Below are positions 8,303 through 17,713 of a DNA stretch of 64,000 nucleotides, piece by piece. A program made the position numbers and the translations under genes. This DNA comes from an uncultured Solirubrobacteraceae bacterium (GTDB taxonomy: Bacteria; Actinomycetota; Thermoleophilia; Solirubrobacterales; Solirubrobacteraceae). Numbering within the stretch: position 1 is the first letter of the stretch; each line of letters begins with the position of its first letter. The notes beneath the pieces were generated by a model, which was not told the origin of the DNA, ran no database searches, and worked only from the letters and a program-made list of their open reading frames with translations. The stretch lies in the NCBI GenBank assembly GCA_964422115.1, contig CAYQZU010000010.1:16646-80645 (forward strand), read 5' to 3'.

Positions 8303-10378
8303 ATGACCGGCTCACGCTCACCAGCCCGCCTATTTGCCGCGGCGCTTGCCGCCGCGATCGCCTCCGTGTCGCTCAGCGCCCAGAGCGCCAGCGCAGCGAC
8401 CACCGACTTCGTATGCTCGATCTGCACCTACAACACGATCCAGGCCGCGATCAACGCCGCCGGGATCGGGGACACGATCAAGGTGGCGGCCGGCGTCTAC
8501 CCTGAGACGCTCGACATAACGACGCCGGTGACGATCGACGGTGCGGGCGCCGGCAACACGATCATCCAAGCCAACCCGGCGACGCTGACGGACAAATTCG
8601 ACCTCGACTCCGGCGCGCTCACCAACTACCCGATCGTCTACGCCGACGCCGCGAACGTGACGATCAAGAACCTCACGGTCAACGGACTCGGCGACGGGAG
8701 CCTGGTTTCGGGCCGCTTCGAGGGCATCGCCGAGCACAACGACAACCTCACGGTCAACGACGTTCACGTCACCGGCATGCAGAACAGCCCGCCGAACGGT
8801 GCGCAGTCCGGGTTCGGCATCCTGGCGGTCAACGACGGCGCGACCCAGCGATCCGTCACGGTCACGAACAGCCGCATCTCCGGCTATCAGAAGAACGGCA
8901 TCGCGATCCAGGGCAACTCGGACGTAACTATCGACGTTGCCGGCAACACCGTCGCTGGCAACGGCCCCGCTCCGATCGGCGACAACGGCATCGAGGTCTA
9001 CGACCTCTACTGGGAGTCGACGCCGCCCGCCGGGCCGACCGGCGTCGTGACCGCCAACGACATCACCGGCAACTCGTGCACGGTCGCGAACCTCTGCGGC
9101 CCCGATTTGCTGGGTGACGGCGCCGTTGCCGGCGACGACAACATCAGCGGCGACGCCGCCGGCATCCTGCTCGGGAACGTGAGCAACCTGACGGTGTCGG
9201 CCAACACGGTGTCCTCAAACGACATCGGCGTCTGGGTCACGACAGCTCCCGGAGCGACGACCACGGTGTCTGCGAACACGATCGCCGGGAACCTCTACGC
9301 CGACGTCCTGGCCGGGTTCGGGACGAGCGTCGTCTCCGCCAACACGATCGGATCGGGTGGCGACTCCACCGCCGGCCTGGCGGGCGTGCTGATCGCGGGC
9401 TACTCCGGCGACCCGGCTGTGCCCAACGCGGCTGTCACCGGCAACACGATCGAGGGGACCGACGCCGGCGTTGAGGTCGCGCAAGGTGAGACGGCGGGCG
9501 CGCCGCTCCCGGTCGCGATCGTCCAGAACAACGCGATCTCGGGCAACACGCAGGGGATCGAGAACAGGACGACGGCGCAGGTCAACGCGGCAGACAACTG
9601 GTTCGGCTGCAACAGCGGAGCGGGCGCGGCCGGCTGCGACACGGTCACCGGCTCGGGCGCAAACCACGTCACGAGCGCACCGTTCCTGGTGCTCGGCGTG
9701 AGCGCGCTGCCGAGCACGATCACGCCCGGCACGACTGCCACGGTTCTCGCCGGCATCCGTCAGGACTCCGCCGGGAATACGTTCACGACCGGCGCGTTCC
9801 CGAGCGGGATCCCGGTTTCTTTCGCAACATCCGCCGGGTCGATCGGCGCCACCGCGACTCTCAGCAACGGTCAGGCGGTGACGGCGGTGTCCGGCACTCC
9901 CCTTGGGACGGCGACGATCACCGGCACGCTCGACGGACAATCGGCGACCGCTTCTCTGAGCACGGCCAACGCCGTGAACACGACGAGCTCAACCTCAACG
10001 ACCACGGTGACCGTCACGGTCCCCGCGACGGTCGGCCCTCTGCTCTCGTTCCTGGAGAGCCCCAGCCTGAGCCTCCTTGCGACCTACCCCGGGAGCGAGC
10101 TGACGGTGACCTGTGTCGACGGGTGCATCGCCCAGGTCGCCGGCACGATTGCGCTCAAGCAGAAGCATGGCAAGCACAAGATGCTGACGCTGACGACGGC
10201 GCAACTGACCGTCGCAGCGGGCGGATCGAGCGTGTACGCGCTCTCGCTCAGCTCATCGCAGCGCAGCCTTGTGAAACACGCGGTCAGCGCAAAGCTCACG
10301 CTGAACGTCTCAGCCAAGGACAACACGACCGGAAAGACGATCACCGGTTCGAAGTCCTTCAACCTGACCCGTAGCTGA
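8303..10378 (+). CDS. secreted right-handed parallel beta-helix (PbH1/NosD-like) repeat protein with Big_1-like Ig domain
   Basis: GGGAGG RBS precedes ATG 8303. Signal peptide ARLFAAALAAAIASVSLSAQSASA. Many repeats of the form ...N.I.GN...GI.. (beta-helix coils), then an invasin-type Ig segment (ATITGTLDGQSATASLS). Confidence 0.8.
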   Translation: MTGSRSPARLFAAALAAAIASVSLSAQSASAATTDFVCSICTYNTIQAAINAAGIGDTIKVAAGVYPETLDITTPVTIDGAGAGNTIIQANPATLTDKFDLDSGALTNYPIVYADAANVTIKNLTVNGLGDGSLVSGRFEGIAEHNDNLTVNDVHVTGMQNSPPNGAQSGFGILAVNDGATQRSVTVTNSRISGYQKNGIAIQGNSDVTIDVAGNTVAGNGPAPIGDNGIEVYDLYWESTPPAGPTGVVTANDITGNSCTVANLCGPDLLGDGAVAGDDNISGDAAGILLGNVSNLTVSANTVSSNDIGVWVTTAPGATTTVSANTIAGNLYADVLAGFGTSVVSANTIGSGGDSTAGLAGVLIAGYSGDPAVPNAAVTGNTIEGTDAGVEVAQGETAGAPLPVAIVQNNAISGNTQGIENRTTAQVNAADNWFGCNSGAGAAGCDTVTGSGANHVTSAPFLVLGVSALPSTITPGTTATVLAGIRQDSAGNTFTTGAFPSGIPVSFATSAGSIGATATLSNGQAVTAVSGTPLGTATITGTLDGQSATASLSTANAVNTTSSTSTTTVTVTVPATVGPLLSFLESPSLSLLATYPGSELTVTCVDGCIAQVAGTIALKQKHGKHKMLTLTTAQLTVAAGGSSVYALSLSSSQRSLVKHAVSAKLTLNVSAKDNTTGKTITGSKSFNLTRS

Positions 10379-10404
10379 GACAAGGGCGAGCAGGGGCGGT
10401 TCCC

Positions 10405-13400
10405 GTGCGAGCAGTCAGACGACAAATGGCGAGGGCCGACCGGCTCGTGCTCGCGGCCGGCCGCGGCGCCGTGTCTGCAGGTGCGGGCGCTCGCGGGCGC
10501 GATACCCGGGCCTGCAGCGGACGCTGGACGCGGGCGGCCGTCGTCGCGGTACTCGCGCTGCTCGCCGGCTATGGCGCTTGGAGCGCGCTACACGCTGCCC
10601 CGGCGCGCCGCGTGCCGACCGCGGCGCCTGGCGCACGAACCGCGCCGACCCCGCACGGCTGGTCGGCCGTCCCGCTGGCTGCGCGGGGCGCCGTGTCGCG
10701 GGGGCTCGGCGCGGACGATCAACGCTATTTCGCGCGAGGGTCCGCTCCGGGCGCGGCGTCGCTTGCGAACCCGGCCCAAAAGCTGCGCGCCAGGTTCAGT
10801 GACGGCGCCATCGCGGTGTCCGCGGCTCACGGGCTGCGCGTTGGGCTCTCCTCGCTTGCGATCGGACGCGGCGGGTCACCGCCATTGGTACCGCGGCTCG
10901 GATCGGCGTCAGAGCGGCAGAACCGCGTCACCTACTCGTCGCCGGTGATCACCGAATGGTTTGCGAACGGTCCCTGGGGGCTCGAGCAGGGGTTCACGGT
11001 TCGCCACCGTCTTGCCGGCATCGGTCCGCTTGCCATCAGCCAGGCGCTTTCGGGTAACACGACCGTACGCGTGAACGCGGACGGCCGCGGTGTCACGTTC
11101 AGCTCGGTGGCGGGGTCCTTGCGCTACGGGGATCTGGTCGTGACCGACGCGACGGGCGCACGCGTCCCGGCGCGCATCAGCGTGACGGCTCACCACCTCA
11201 CGATCACGATCCGTGACGCGCACGCGACCTACCCGCTGCGCGTCGATCCGACGATCCAGCAGACCGCGGAGCTGGCCGCCGGCGACGGTGCCGCGAATGA
11301 TCAGCTTGGGGCTTCGGTGGCGGTGTCGGGGACGACGATCGTCGTCGGCGCTCCAGGTCACGACAGCAATCAAGGGGCGGTGTATGTGTTCAGCGAGCCC
11401 GCGGCCGGCTGGGCGACCGCGACGCAGACGGCTGAGCTGACCGCGAGCGACGGCGTGGCGGGCGATGGCCTCGGGAGCTCGGTGGCGGTGTCCGGGGCGA
11501 CGATCGTCGCCGGCGCCGCTCAGCACAAGGTGGGCTCGCAATCGTATCGGGGCGCCGCGTACGTGTTCACCGAGCCCGCGGGTGGCTGGTCGATGGCGAG
11601 CTCCCCGATGACCCAGACCGCGGAGCTGAGCCCGAGCGACGGAGCTGCGTTCAACGAGTTCGGTGATGCGGTCGCAGTGTCGGGCGCGACGATCGCCGTC
11701 GGCTCCGTTGGACACAGCTTCAGTCAGGGCGCGCTCTACGTGTTCAGCGAGCCCGCGGGCGGCTGGTCGACGGCGAGCTTCCCGATGACGCAGACGGCGG
11801 AGCTGACCGCCAGTGACGGGGCAACCAACGATGAGCTCGGGGCGTCCGTGGCTATCGACGGGTCGACGATCGTCGGCGGCTCTCCCAACCACGAGGTCGG
11901 CTCCAACACCTACCAGGGCTCGGCATACGTGTTCACCGAGCCCGCGGGTGGCTGGTCGACGGCGAGCTTCCCGATGAACCAGACCGCTGAGCTCACGGCG
12001 AGCGACGGTTCTGCCAACGACGACCTCGGGGCTTCGGTGTCTGTGTCCGGTTCGACGGTTGTCGCCGGGGCGCCCCACCACACGGTGGGCTCTAACACCG
12101 ACCAGGGCGCGGTGTACGTGTTCAGCGAACCCGTGGGTGGCTGGTCGACGGCGAGCTTCCCGATGAACCAGACCGCAGAGCTCACGGTGAGCGCCGGCGC
12201 CGCGACCGATCTATTCGGGTATTCCGTCGCAGTGTCGGATTCGACGATCGTCGCTGGCGCCGCCTACCGCAGTAGCCACCAGGGCGCGGCCTACGTGTTC
12301 AGCAAGCCCGCGGGTGGCTGGTCGGCGGCGAGCGTGCCGATGAACCAGACTGCGGCGCTCACCGCTAGCGACGGAGCCGCCGGCGATCAGCTCGGGGCCT
12401 CGATTGGCATTTCTGGCTCGACGATCGTCGCCGGCGCGTTCATGCGCAGCAGCAAGCGGGGTGCGGCTTACGTGTTCCCCGGTCCCGGGCTCGCCACCAA
12501 CGTGTCGCTCGAGTTGAGCCCGTCGTCGATAACCGCGGACGGCAGCGCGACCTCGACGGCGACCGCGACCGTGACGGATGCGTACGGAAACCCCGTATCG
12601 GGCGACACGCTGACCATCGCGAGCGACGGCGCGCAGGGTGTCAGCGGGGTCGTGGCCGGGATTGATCCGGGCACTTATGTGGCGACGATCACCTCGACGA
12701 CCACCGGAGGGATGGCCGACATCACCGCCACCGACACGTCGGCGTCGGACATCTCCGACACACAGACGCTGACGCAGACGAAGCGCTCCACAGGCAGCGT
12801 GTCTTCGCCCACCTCCACCTCGATCGTGCTCGGCGGCAGCGATGGGGACTCGGTGACGGTGTCCGGAGACGCGGGCGGCTCGCCGACAGGCTCCGTGGAC
12901 TTCTACGAATGCGGACCGACGAGCGCCGGCTCATGCGCCTCGACCGCGAACCAGGTCGGCACGAGCGTCGCGGTCACGGCCGGTATCGGCGACACGGCGA
13001 CGGCATCGACATCCACGCCGTTCACGCCGTCCGGCGGGCCCGGAACGTACTGCTTCTACGCGGTCTACTCCGGCGACGGAAGCTACCTCGGCTCCTCCGA
13101 CGGCTCGAGCGACGAGTGCTTCACCGTTACAGCCGCCGCCGCCGCCAGCGTATCTGCCCCGACCGCGTCGATCATCCCGGTCGGCGGCAGCGACAAGGAC
13201 TCGGTGACCGTCTCCGGAATTCCACTCGCCGGCTCGCCGACCGGCTCCGTCTCGTTCTACGAGTGCGGGCCAAACGTCAGCTCGTGCTCCTCGACGGCCG
13301 AGCAGGTCGGCGCGAGCGTGAACCTGGTCGCGGCCGTCGGCAATACGGCGACCGCAACGTCAGCCGGCTTCGCGCCACCGGCCGGACCTGGGACCTACTG

Positions 13401-16400
13401 CTTCTACGCCGTCTACTCGGGCGACGCGAACTATCTCGGCTCGTCTGACGGCTCGAGCGACGAGTGCTTCACGGTCGATCCGCAGCTGCATGTCCTCGTC
13501 CAGGGGAGCCAGACCTACGGCGGGACAGATCAGAGCTTCTCGGCCGTCGGCTACTCCGGGTTCGTGGATGGCGACGGTCCAAGCGCAGTCACCGGCTCGC
13601 TGACGGGTTGCACGACGAGCGTCGGCGCCGACGCCCCGGCGGGGACGGATCACCTGACGATCAGTGACTGCACAGGGCTTTCCGCTCCGGGCTACGTGAT
13701 CGAATACGTCGACGACGGCTTCACGGTGACGCCGGCGCCCCTGACGATCACCGCATCCGACGGCTCGATGACCTACGGCGGCGCGGCGCCCGCCATCACA
13801 GCTCAATACAGCGGTCTCACCGCCGGCGACACCGCGCCGGCGACCGCGCCGCTCTGCCTGACGGCCGCGAGCTCCGCGAGCCCGGTCGGGAACTACGCGT
13901 CCACTTGCATCAGCGCGGTCGACCCGAACTACGCGATCACCTACAAGGGTGGCACCGTCTCGGTGGGCAAGGCGCAGCTCACTGTCACGGCGTCCAGTCC
14001 ACAGGCGACCTACGGCGGCCCGACCCCAACGGTCGGCCCGAGCTACTCCGGGTTCCTCAACGGCGACAGCGCGACGAGTCTGACCACGCAGCCGGCGTGC
14101 GCGATCACGGGCGGCAGCGCCCCGTATGCCGCCGGCTCCTACACGACCCACTGCTCCGGTGCCGTCGCGGCCAACTACACGTTCCAGTACGCAACAGGCA
14201 CGCTTACGGTCGGCCCGGCGCCGCTCACTGCATCGATCATCGGCTCGCAGGTCTATGGCGGTACCGGCCGCGCCTACCTCGTGGCGTCCTATAGCGGCTT
14301 CCAGAATGGCGACACGCAGGCCCTGATGACCGGCCAGACCCCGACCTGCTCAACGAGCGTGCCCGCCTCCGCCTCCGCCGGGACCTACTACCAGACGGTC
14401 ACGGGCTGCTCGGGGATCACCGCGTCGAACTACACGCTCCACTACGCCGATGCCGGCTTCACCGTCAGGCCCGCACCGCTCACGATCACCGCCTCGAGCC
14501 CGACCATGACCTATGGCGATGCGGTACCGATCGTCACCCCGAGCTACGGCGGCTTCACCAACGGTGATGGCCCCTCGAGCCTCACAAACGATCCGACCTG
14601 TTACACGCCCGCCGTCCCCTCGAGCCCAGTCAGCGGACCGCCGCCACCGACGCTCTGCGTGGGTGCCGCGGATCCGAACTACACGTTCACCTATCATCAC
14701 GGCAGCGTCACGATCATCCCGGCGCAGCTGAAGGTCACCGCTTCGAGCCAGACGATCCTCTACGGCGCCAACGTCGCAGCGGTGACCCCCGGCTACAGCG
14801 GCTTCGTCAACGGTGAGGGAACGACGAGCCTGGCGACGCTCCCGTCGTGCTCGACATCTGCATCGAGCGCGAGCTCCGTCGCCGGCTCGCCATACGACAC
14901 GAGCTGCTCCGGCGCTGTCGACGCGAATTACGCGTTCAGCTACGTTGACGGCGCGGTCGAGGTGGACCGCGCGCCGCTCACGATCACCATCACCGGCGTA
15001 CAGGTCTACGGCGGCTCTCCGAGCTTCGCGATCGCCGGCTACGCCGGCTTCGTGAACAGCGAGAGCGCGACGACCTCCTCGCCGGTGACCGGAGCAGTCA
15101 CGGGGTCGCTCGGCGGCTGTGCGACGAGCGTGACCGGCACCTCGCCTGCAGCCGCCTATCACGGCACGATCAGCTCGTGTGGCGGCCTGAGCGCGGCCAA
15201 CTACGCGCTGACCTACGCGGACGGTGGCTTCACGGTGACCGACGCCACCACCTCGAGCGTGTCGGCGCTACCGCTCGCGAGCATCGCGGTGGGCGACGAG
15301 GAGTCCGACAGCGTGCTCGTCACGGGCAACATCGTCGGGGGGTCGCCAACCGGAACAGTCTCCTTCTTCGAGTGCGGCGTGCAGACCGGCGGATCGATCG
15401 TGCCCTGCGCGACCGGCGGAACGCCGCTGGGCATTCCCGTCACGCTCAGGGCGGCGCCCAACTCGACCGCGACCGCGTCGTCGATTGACTTCACGCCGAC
15501 CGACGGCCCGGGCACGTACTGCTTCCGCGCCCACTACTCGGGTGACAACAACTACAACGGATCGACCGACGCGAGCACCGGCGAGTGCTTCTCGGTGACA
15601 CAGGTCGGCGCTCCGGCGACCTCGACACCAGCCGCAGCGAGCATCGCCCTCGGCGCCGCCAACACCGACAGCGTCACGGTCGCGGGCAACTTCGCGGGCG
15701 GCTCCCCGACCGGGCAGGTGACGTTCTTCGCCTGCGCGCCGGGAACGACACCGTGCTCGAGCGGCGGCACGCAGGTCGGTCCGGCCGTTGACCTTGCGCC
15801 GGCGCTGAACGACACCGCGACCGCGACCTCGCGCCTGTTCATCCCGTCGAGCGGTCCCGGCACCTACTGCTTCCGCGCCGTCTATAGCGGCGACAGCACC
15901 TATACCGGCTCCAGCGACGGAACCGGCCGCGAATGCTTCACGGTGACCAAGGGCGCTAGCTCGACGGTCGAGGCCCCGACCGCGCCGGTCATTCCCGCGG
16001 GCAGCTCCGACAACGCCGGCGTAACTGTGCAGGGCAACGGGGCGGCAGGGCCGCCCACGGGGACGGTCTCGTTCTACGTCTGCGGTCCCGGCGTCGCGTC
16101 GTGTGCCTCGACAGCGCAGGCGGTCGGCGGTCCCGTCACGCTCAGCGTCGGCGCGGGCAACAGCTCGAGTGCGACTTCGGTGCAGTTCACGCCCGCCGGC
16201 GCGGGTACGTACTGCTTCTACGCGGTTTACGCCGGGAGCTCGAGCTATCTCGGGTCATCCGACGCGACCGGCGACGGTTGCTTCACCGTGAGCGCGCCCG
16301 CCGCAAGCCAGCCCGCCGCCACGACGCCCCCGAGCAACTCGTTCCGGATTGCGAGTCACTCGTTCAAGAACCACAGGATCGGCCTTACGCTCGTGCTCCC

Positions 16401-16647
16401 CGGCCCGGGAACGCTCACGGTCACGGCGACTCATGCAGGCGCCACCCTACCGCTCGGTACGCGCACGCTCACCGTCGCGGCGGCCGGGCAGCTCGCGACG
16501 ACGCTCGGGCTGAGCAGGGCAGCGAGCGCCGCGGTCGGATCGGCGACTACGCGCCACTCCGCCTACCACGCGACCGTGACGCTCACCTTCACTCCGACCG
16601 GTGGATCGCCGCGGACACAGACGTTCACGCTGCTGCTCGCAAAATGA
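10405..16647 (+). CDS. giant (2080 aa) surface protein: N-terminal anchor, 7 FG-GAP-like repeats, Big_1-like domain, 5 Cys-containing Ig-like domains, 7 MBG (YGG/YSGF) domains, C-terminal domain
   Basis: TM/signal AAVVAVLALLAGYGAWSAL. Seven units of the form AELTASDG..D.LG.SV.VSG.T.V.GA...G..QGA.YVF.EP.GGWS at nt ~11254-12489. Big_1-like domain at ~12490-12780. Ig-like units with GSPTG.V.F(Y/F)ECG...GPGTYCF.A.YSGD at ~12781-13475 and ~15244-16290. MBG units (PLTITAS...YGG..P....YSGF.NGD...NY...Y..G..TV) at ~13476-15243. Only 26 nt downstream of the beta-helix gene. Confidence 0.85.
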   Translation: MRAVRRQMARADRLVLAAGRGAVSAGAGARGRDTRACSGRWTRAAVVAVLALLAGYGAWSALHAAPARRVPTAAPGARTAPTPHGWSAVPLAARGAVSRGLGADDQRYFARGSAPGAASLANPAQKLRARFSDGAIAVSAAHGLRVGLSSLAIGRGGSPPLVPRLGSASERQNRVTYSSPVITEWFANGPWGLEQGFTVRHRLAGIGPLAISQALSGNTTVRVNADGRGVTFSSVAGSLRYGDLVVTDATGARVPARISVTAHHLTITIRDAHATYPLRVDPTIQQTAELAAGDGAANDQLGASVAVSGTTIVVGAPGHDSNQGAVYVFSEPAAGWATATQTAELTASDGVAGDGLGSSVAVSGATIVAGAAQHKVGSQSYRGAAYVFTEPAGGWSMASSPMTQTAELSPSDGAAFNEFGDAVAVSGATIAVGSVGHSFSQGALYVFSEPAGGWSTASFPMTQTAELTASDGATNDELGASVAIDGSTIVGGSPNHEVGSNTYQGSAYVFTEPAGGWSTASFPMNQTAELTASDGSANDDLGASVSVSGSTVVAGAPHHTVGSNTDQGAVYVFSEPVGGWSTASFPMNQTAELTVSAGAATDLFGYSVAVSDSTIVAGAAYRSSHQGAAYVFSKPAGGWSAASVPMNQTAALTASDGAAGDQLGASIGISGSTIVAGAFMRSSKRGAAYVFPGPGLATNVSLELSPSSITADGSATSTATATVTDAYGNPVSGDTLTIASDGAQGVSGVVAGIDPGTYVATITSTTTGGMADITATDTSASDISDTQTLTQTKRSTGSVSSPTSTSIVLGGSDGDSVTVSGDAGGSPTGSVDFYECGPTSAGSCASTANQVGTSVAVTAGIGDTATASTSTPFTPSGGPGTYCFYAVYSGDGSYLGSSDGSSDECFTVTAAAAASVSAPTASIIPVGGSDKDSVTVSGIPLAGSPTGSVSFYECGPNVSSCSSTAEQVGASVNLVAAVGNTATATSAGFAPPAGPGTYCFYAVYSGDANYLGSSDGSSDECFTVDPQLHVLVQGSQTYGGTDQSFSAVGYSGFVDGDGPSAVTGSLTGCTTSVGADAPAGTDHLTISDCTGLSAPGYVIEYVDDGFTVTPAPLTITASDGSMTYGGAAPAITAQYSGLTAGDTAPATAPLCLTAASSASPVGNYASTCISAVDPNYAITYKGGTVSVGKAQLTVTASSPQATYGGPTPTVGPSYSGFLNGDSATSLTTQPACAITGGSAPYAAGSYTTHCSGAVAANYTFQYATGTLTVGPAPLTASIIGSQVYGGTGRAYLVASYSGFQNGDTQALMTGQTPTCSTSVPASASAGTYYQTVTGCSGITASNYTLHYADAGFTVRPAPLTITASSPTMTYGDAVPIVTPSYGGFTNGDGPSSLTNDPTCYTPAVPSSPVSGPPPPTLCVGAADPNYTFTYHHGSVTIIPAQLKVTASSQTILYGANVAAVTPGYSGFVNGEGTTSLATLPSCSTSASSASSVAGSPYDTSCSGAVDANYAFSYVDGAVEVDRAPLTITITGVQVYGGSPSFAIAGYAGFVNSESATTSSPVTGAVTGSLGGCATSVTGTSPAAAYHGTISSCGGLSAANYALTYADGGFTVTDATTSSVSALPLASIAVGDEESDSVLVTGNIVGGSPTGTVSFFECGVQTGGSIVPCATGGTPLGIPVTLRAAPNSTATASSIDFTPTDGPGTYCFRAHYSGDNNYNGSTDASTGECFSVTQVGAPATSTPAAASIALGAANTDSVTVAGNFAGGSPTGQVTFFACAPGTTPCSSGGTQVGPAVDLAPALNDTATATSRLFIPSSGPGTYCFRAVYSGDSTYTGSSDGTGRECFTVTKGASSTVEAPTAPVIPAGSSDNAGVTVQGNGAAGPPTGTVSFYVCGPGVASCASTAQAVGGPVTLSVGAGNSSSATSVQFTPAGAGTYCFYAVYAGSSSYLGSSDATGDGCFTVSAPAASQPAATTPPSNSFRIASHSFKNHRIGLTLVLPGPGTLTVTATHAGATLPLGTRTLTVAAAGQLATTLGLSRAASAAVGSATTRHSAYHATVTLTFTPTGGSPRTQTFTLLLAK

Positions 16648-16945
16648 GGCGGCGACTTCGTGCGGGTCCCTGTGATCACGCGTCGAGGCCCCGACCCTGC
16701 GCCGCAAGCTTCGCCAAACCCGGGCGCGCCTGAGCGCCCGCCCGAGCGTGACGTTCTTCGCGCGGCGCGCGATCGGCTTCGGACTCCCCGACGCGAGCGC
16801 TGACAGGTCGTTCGAGCTCCCGGATTCTGGTCTCGCGAACGCCGGTCCGCCGACCGCCAACATTTACGCACCCTCCGGCGATGCCTGATAGAAGGTGCCC
16901 ATCTAACAGCGATGACGGCGCGCAACCAGCGCACGAGGTGAATTG

Positions 16946-17674
16946 ATGAGACTGATTGGTGCCGGACTACCCCGGACCGCGACCACGACGACGCTGATCT
17001 CCTTTGAGCAGCTCGGCTTCGCGCCCTGCTACCACATGCGCGACCTGCTCGCCGACCTGCCGGGGCAGCTGCCGCTGTGGGAGAAGGTCGCTGAGGGCGA
17101 TCCCGATTGGGAGGCGATCTTCGCGACGTCTGAGTCGACCTGCGACTTTCCGGCCTCGGCGTTCTACGCCGAGCTCATGGACGTCTATCCCGACGCGAAG
17201 ATCGTGATGTCGGTGCGCTCGCAGGAGAGCTGGGTCAAGTCGATGCTCGCGACGATCTGGCCGATCTTCTACGGCCGCTCGGTGATGCATTACGTCAACG
17301 ACGCCCGCCGTGTCATCGATGCGGATTGGGATCGCTACCTGACGCTGATGACCCACCTGTGGACGAAGACCGGGATGACCGCGGACCCGGACTCCCCGGA
17401 AGCCCTTGGCGCGGCGATGGAGAAGTGGAACAGCGATGTGATCGCCAAGGTTCCCGCCGACCGCCTGCTCGTGTGGCAGCCCGCCGACGGTTGGGAACCG
17501 CTATGCGGATTCCTCGACGCCGCGGTCCCGGACGGTCCGGTGCCGAACGTGAACGACACCGCCGCCTTCCAGGAGGGTCTGCTCGGCGGCAGCCTCGCGG
17601 TCGTCAATGCCTGGTGGGACAAGCGCGAGCGCCCCTCCGGCGGACTGCACGGAGCACCGGCGCCGGAGGACTGA
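16946..17674 (+). CDS. sulfotransferase family protein (PAPS-dependent type)
   Basis: N-terminal GLPRTATTTTLISFEQLGFAPCYHM matches the GLPRTGTTS 5'-PSB loop of the bacterial sulfotransferase family. GAGGTG RBS before ATG 16946. Confidence 0.75.
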   Translation: MRLIGAGLPRTATTTTLISFEQLGFAPCYHMRDLLADLPGQLPLWEKVAEGDPDWEAIFATSESTCDFPASAFYAELMDVYPDAKIVMSVRSQESWVKSMLATIWPIFYGRSVMHYVNDARRVIDADWDRYLTLMTHLWTKTGMTADPDSPEALGAAMEKWNSDVIAKVPADRLLVWQPADGWEPLCGFLDAAVPDGPVPNVNDTAAFQEGLLGGSLAVVNAWWDKRERPSGGLHGAPAPED

Positions 17675-17713
17675 GCCGGCCACTCGACTAAAGGGCTAAG
17701 GTCTCGCGCGCCT

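Noticed and set aside
12781-16290. Regularly spaced repeats that could superficially resemble a repeat array or CRISPR.
   Set aside because: They are in-frame, protein-coding Ig-like and MBG domain repeats (300-350 nt and ~250 nt periods) inside one ORF. Identity is at the protein level rather than as exact short DNA repeats with unique spacers. No cas genes are present.
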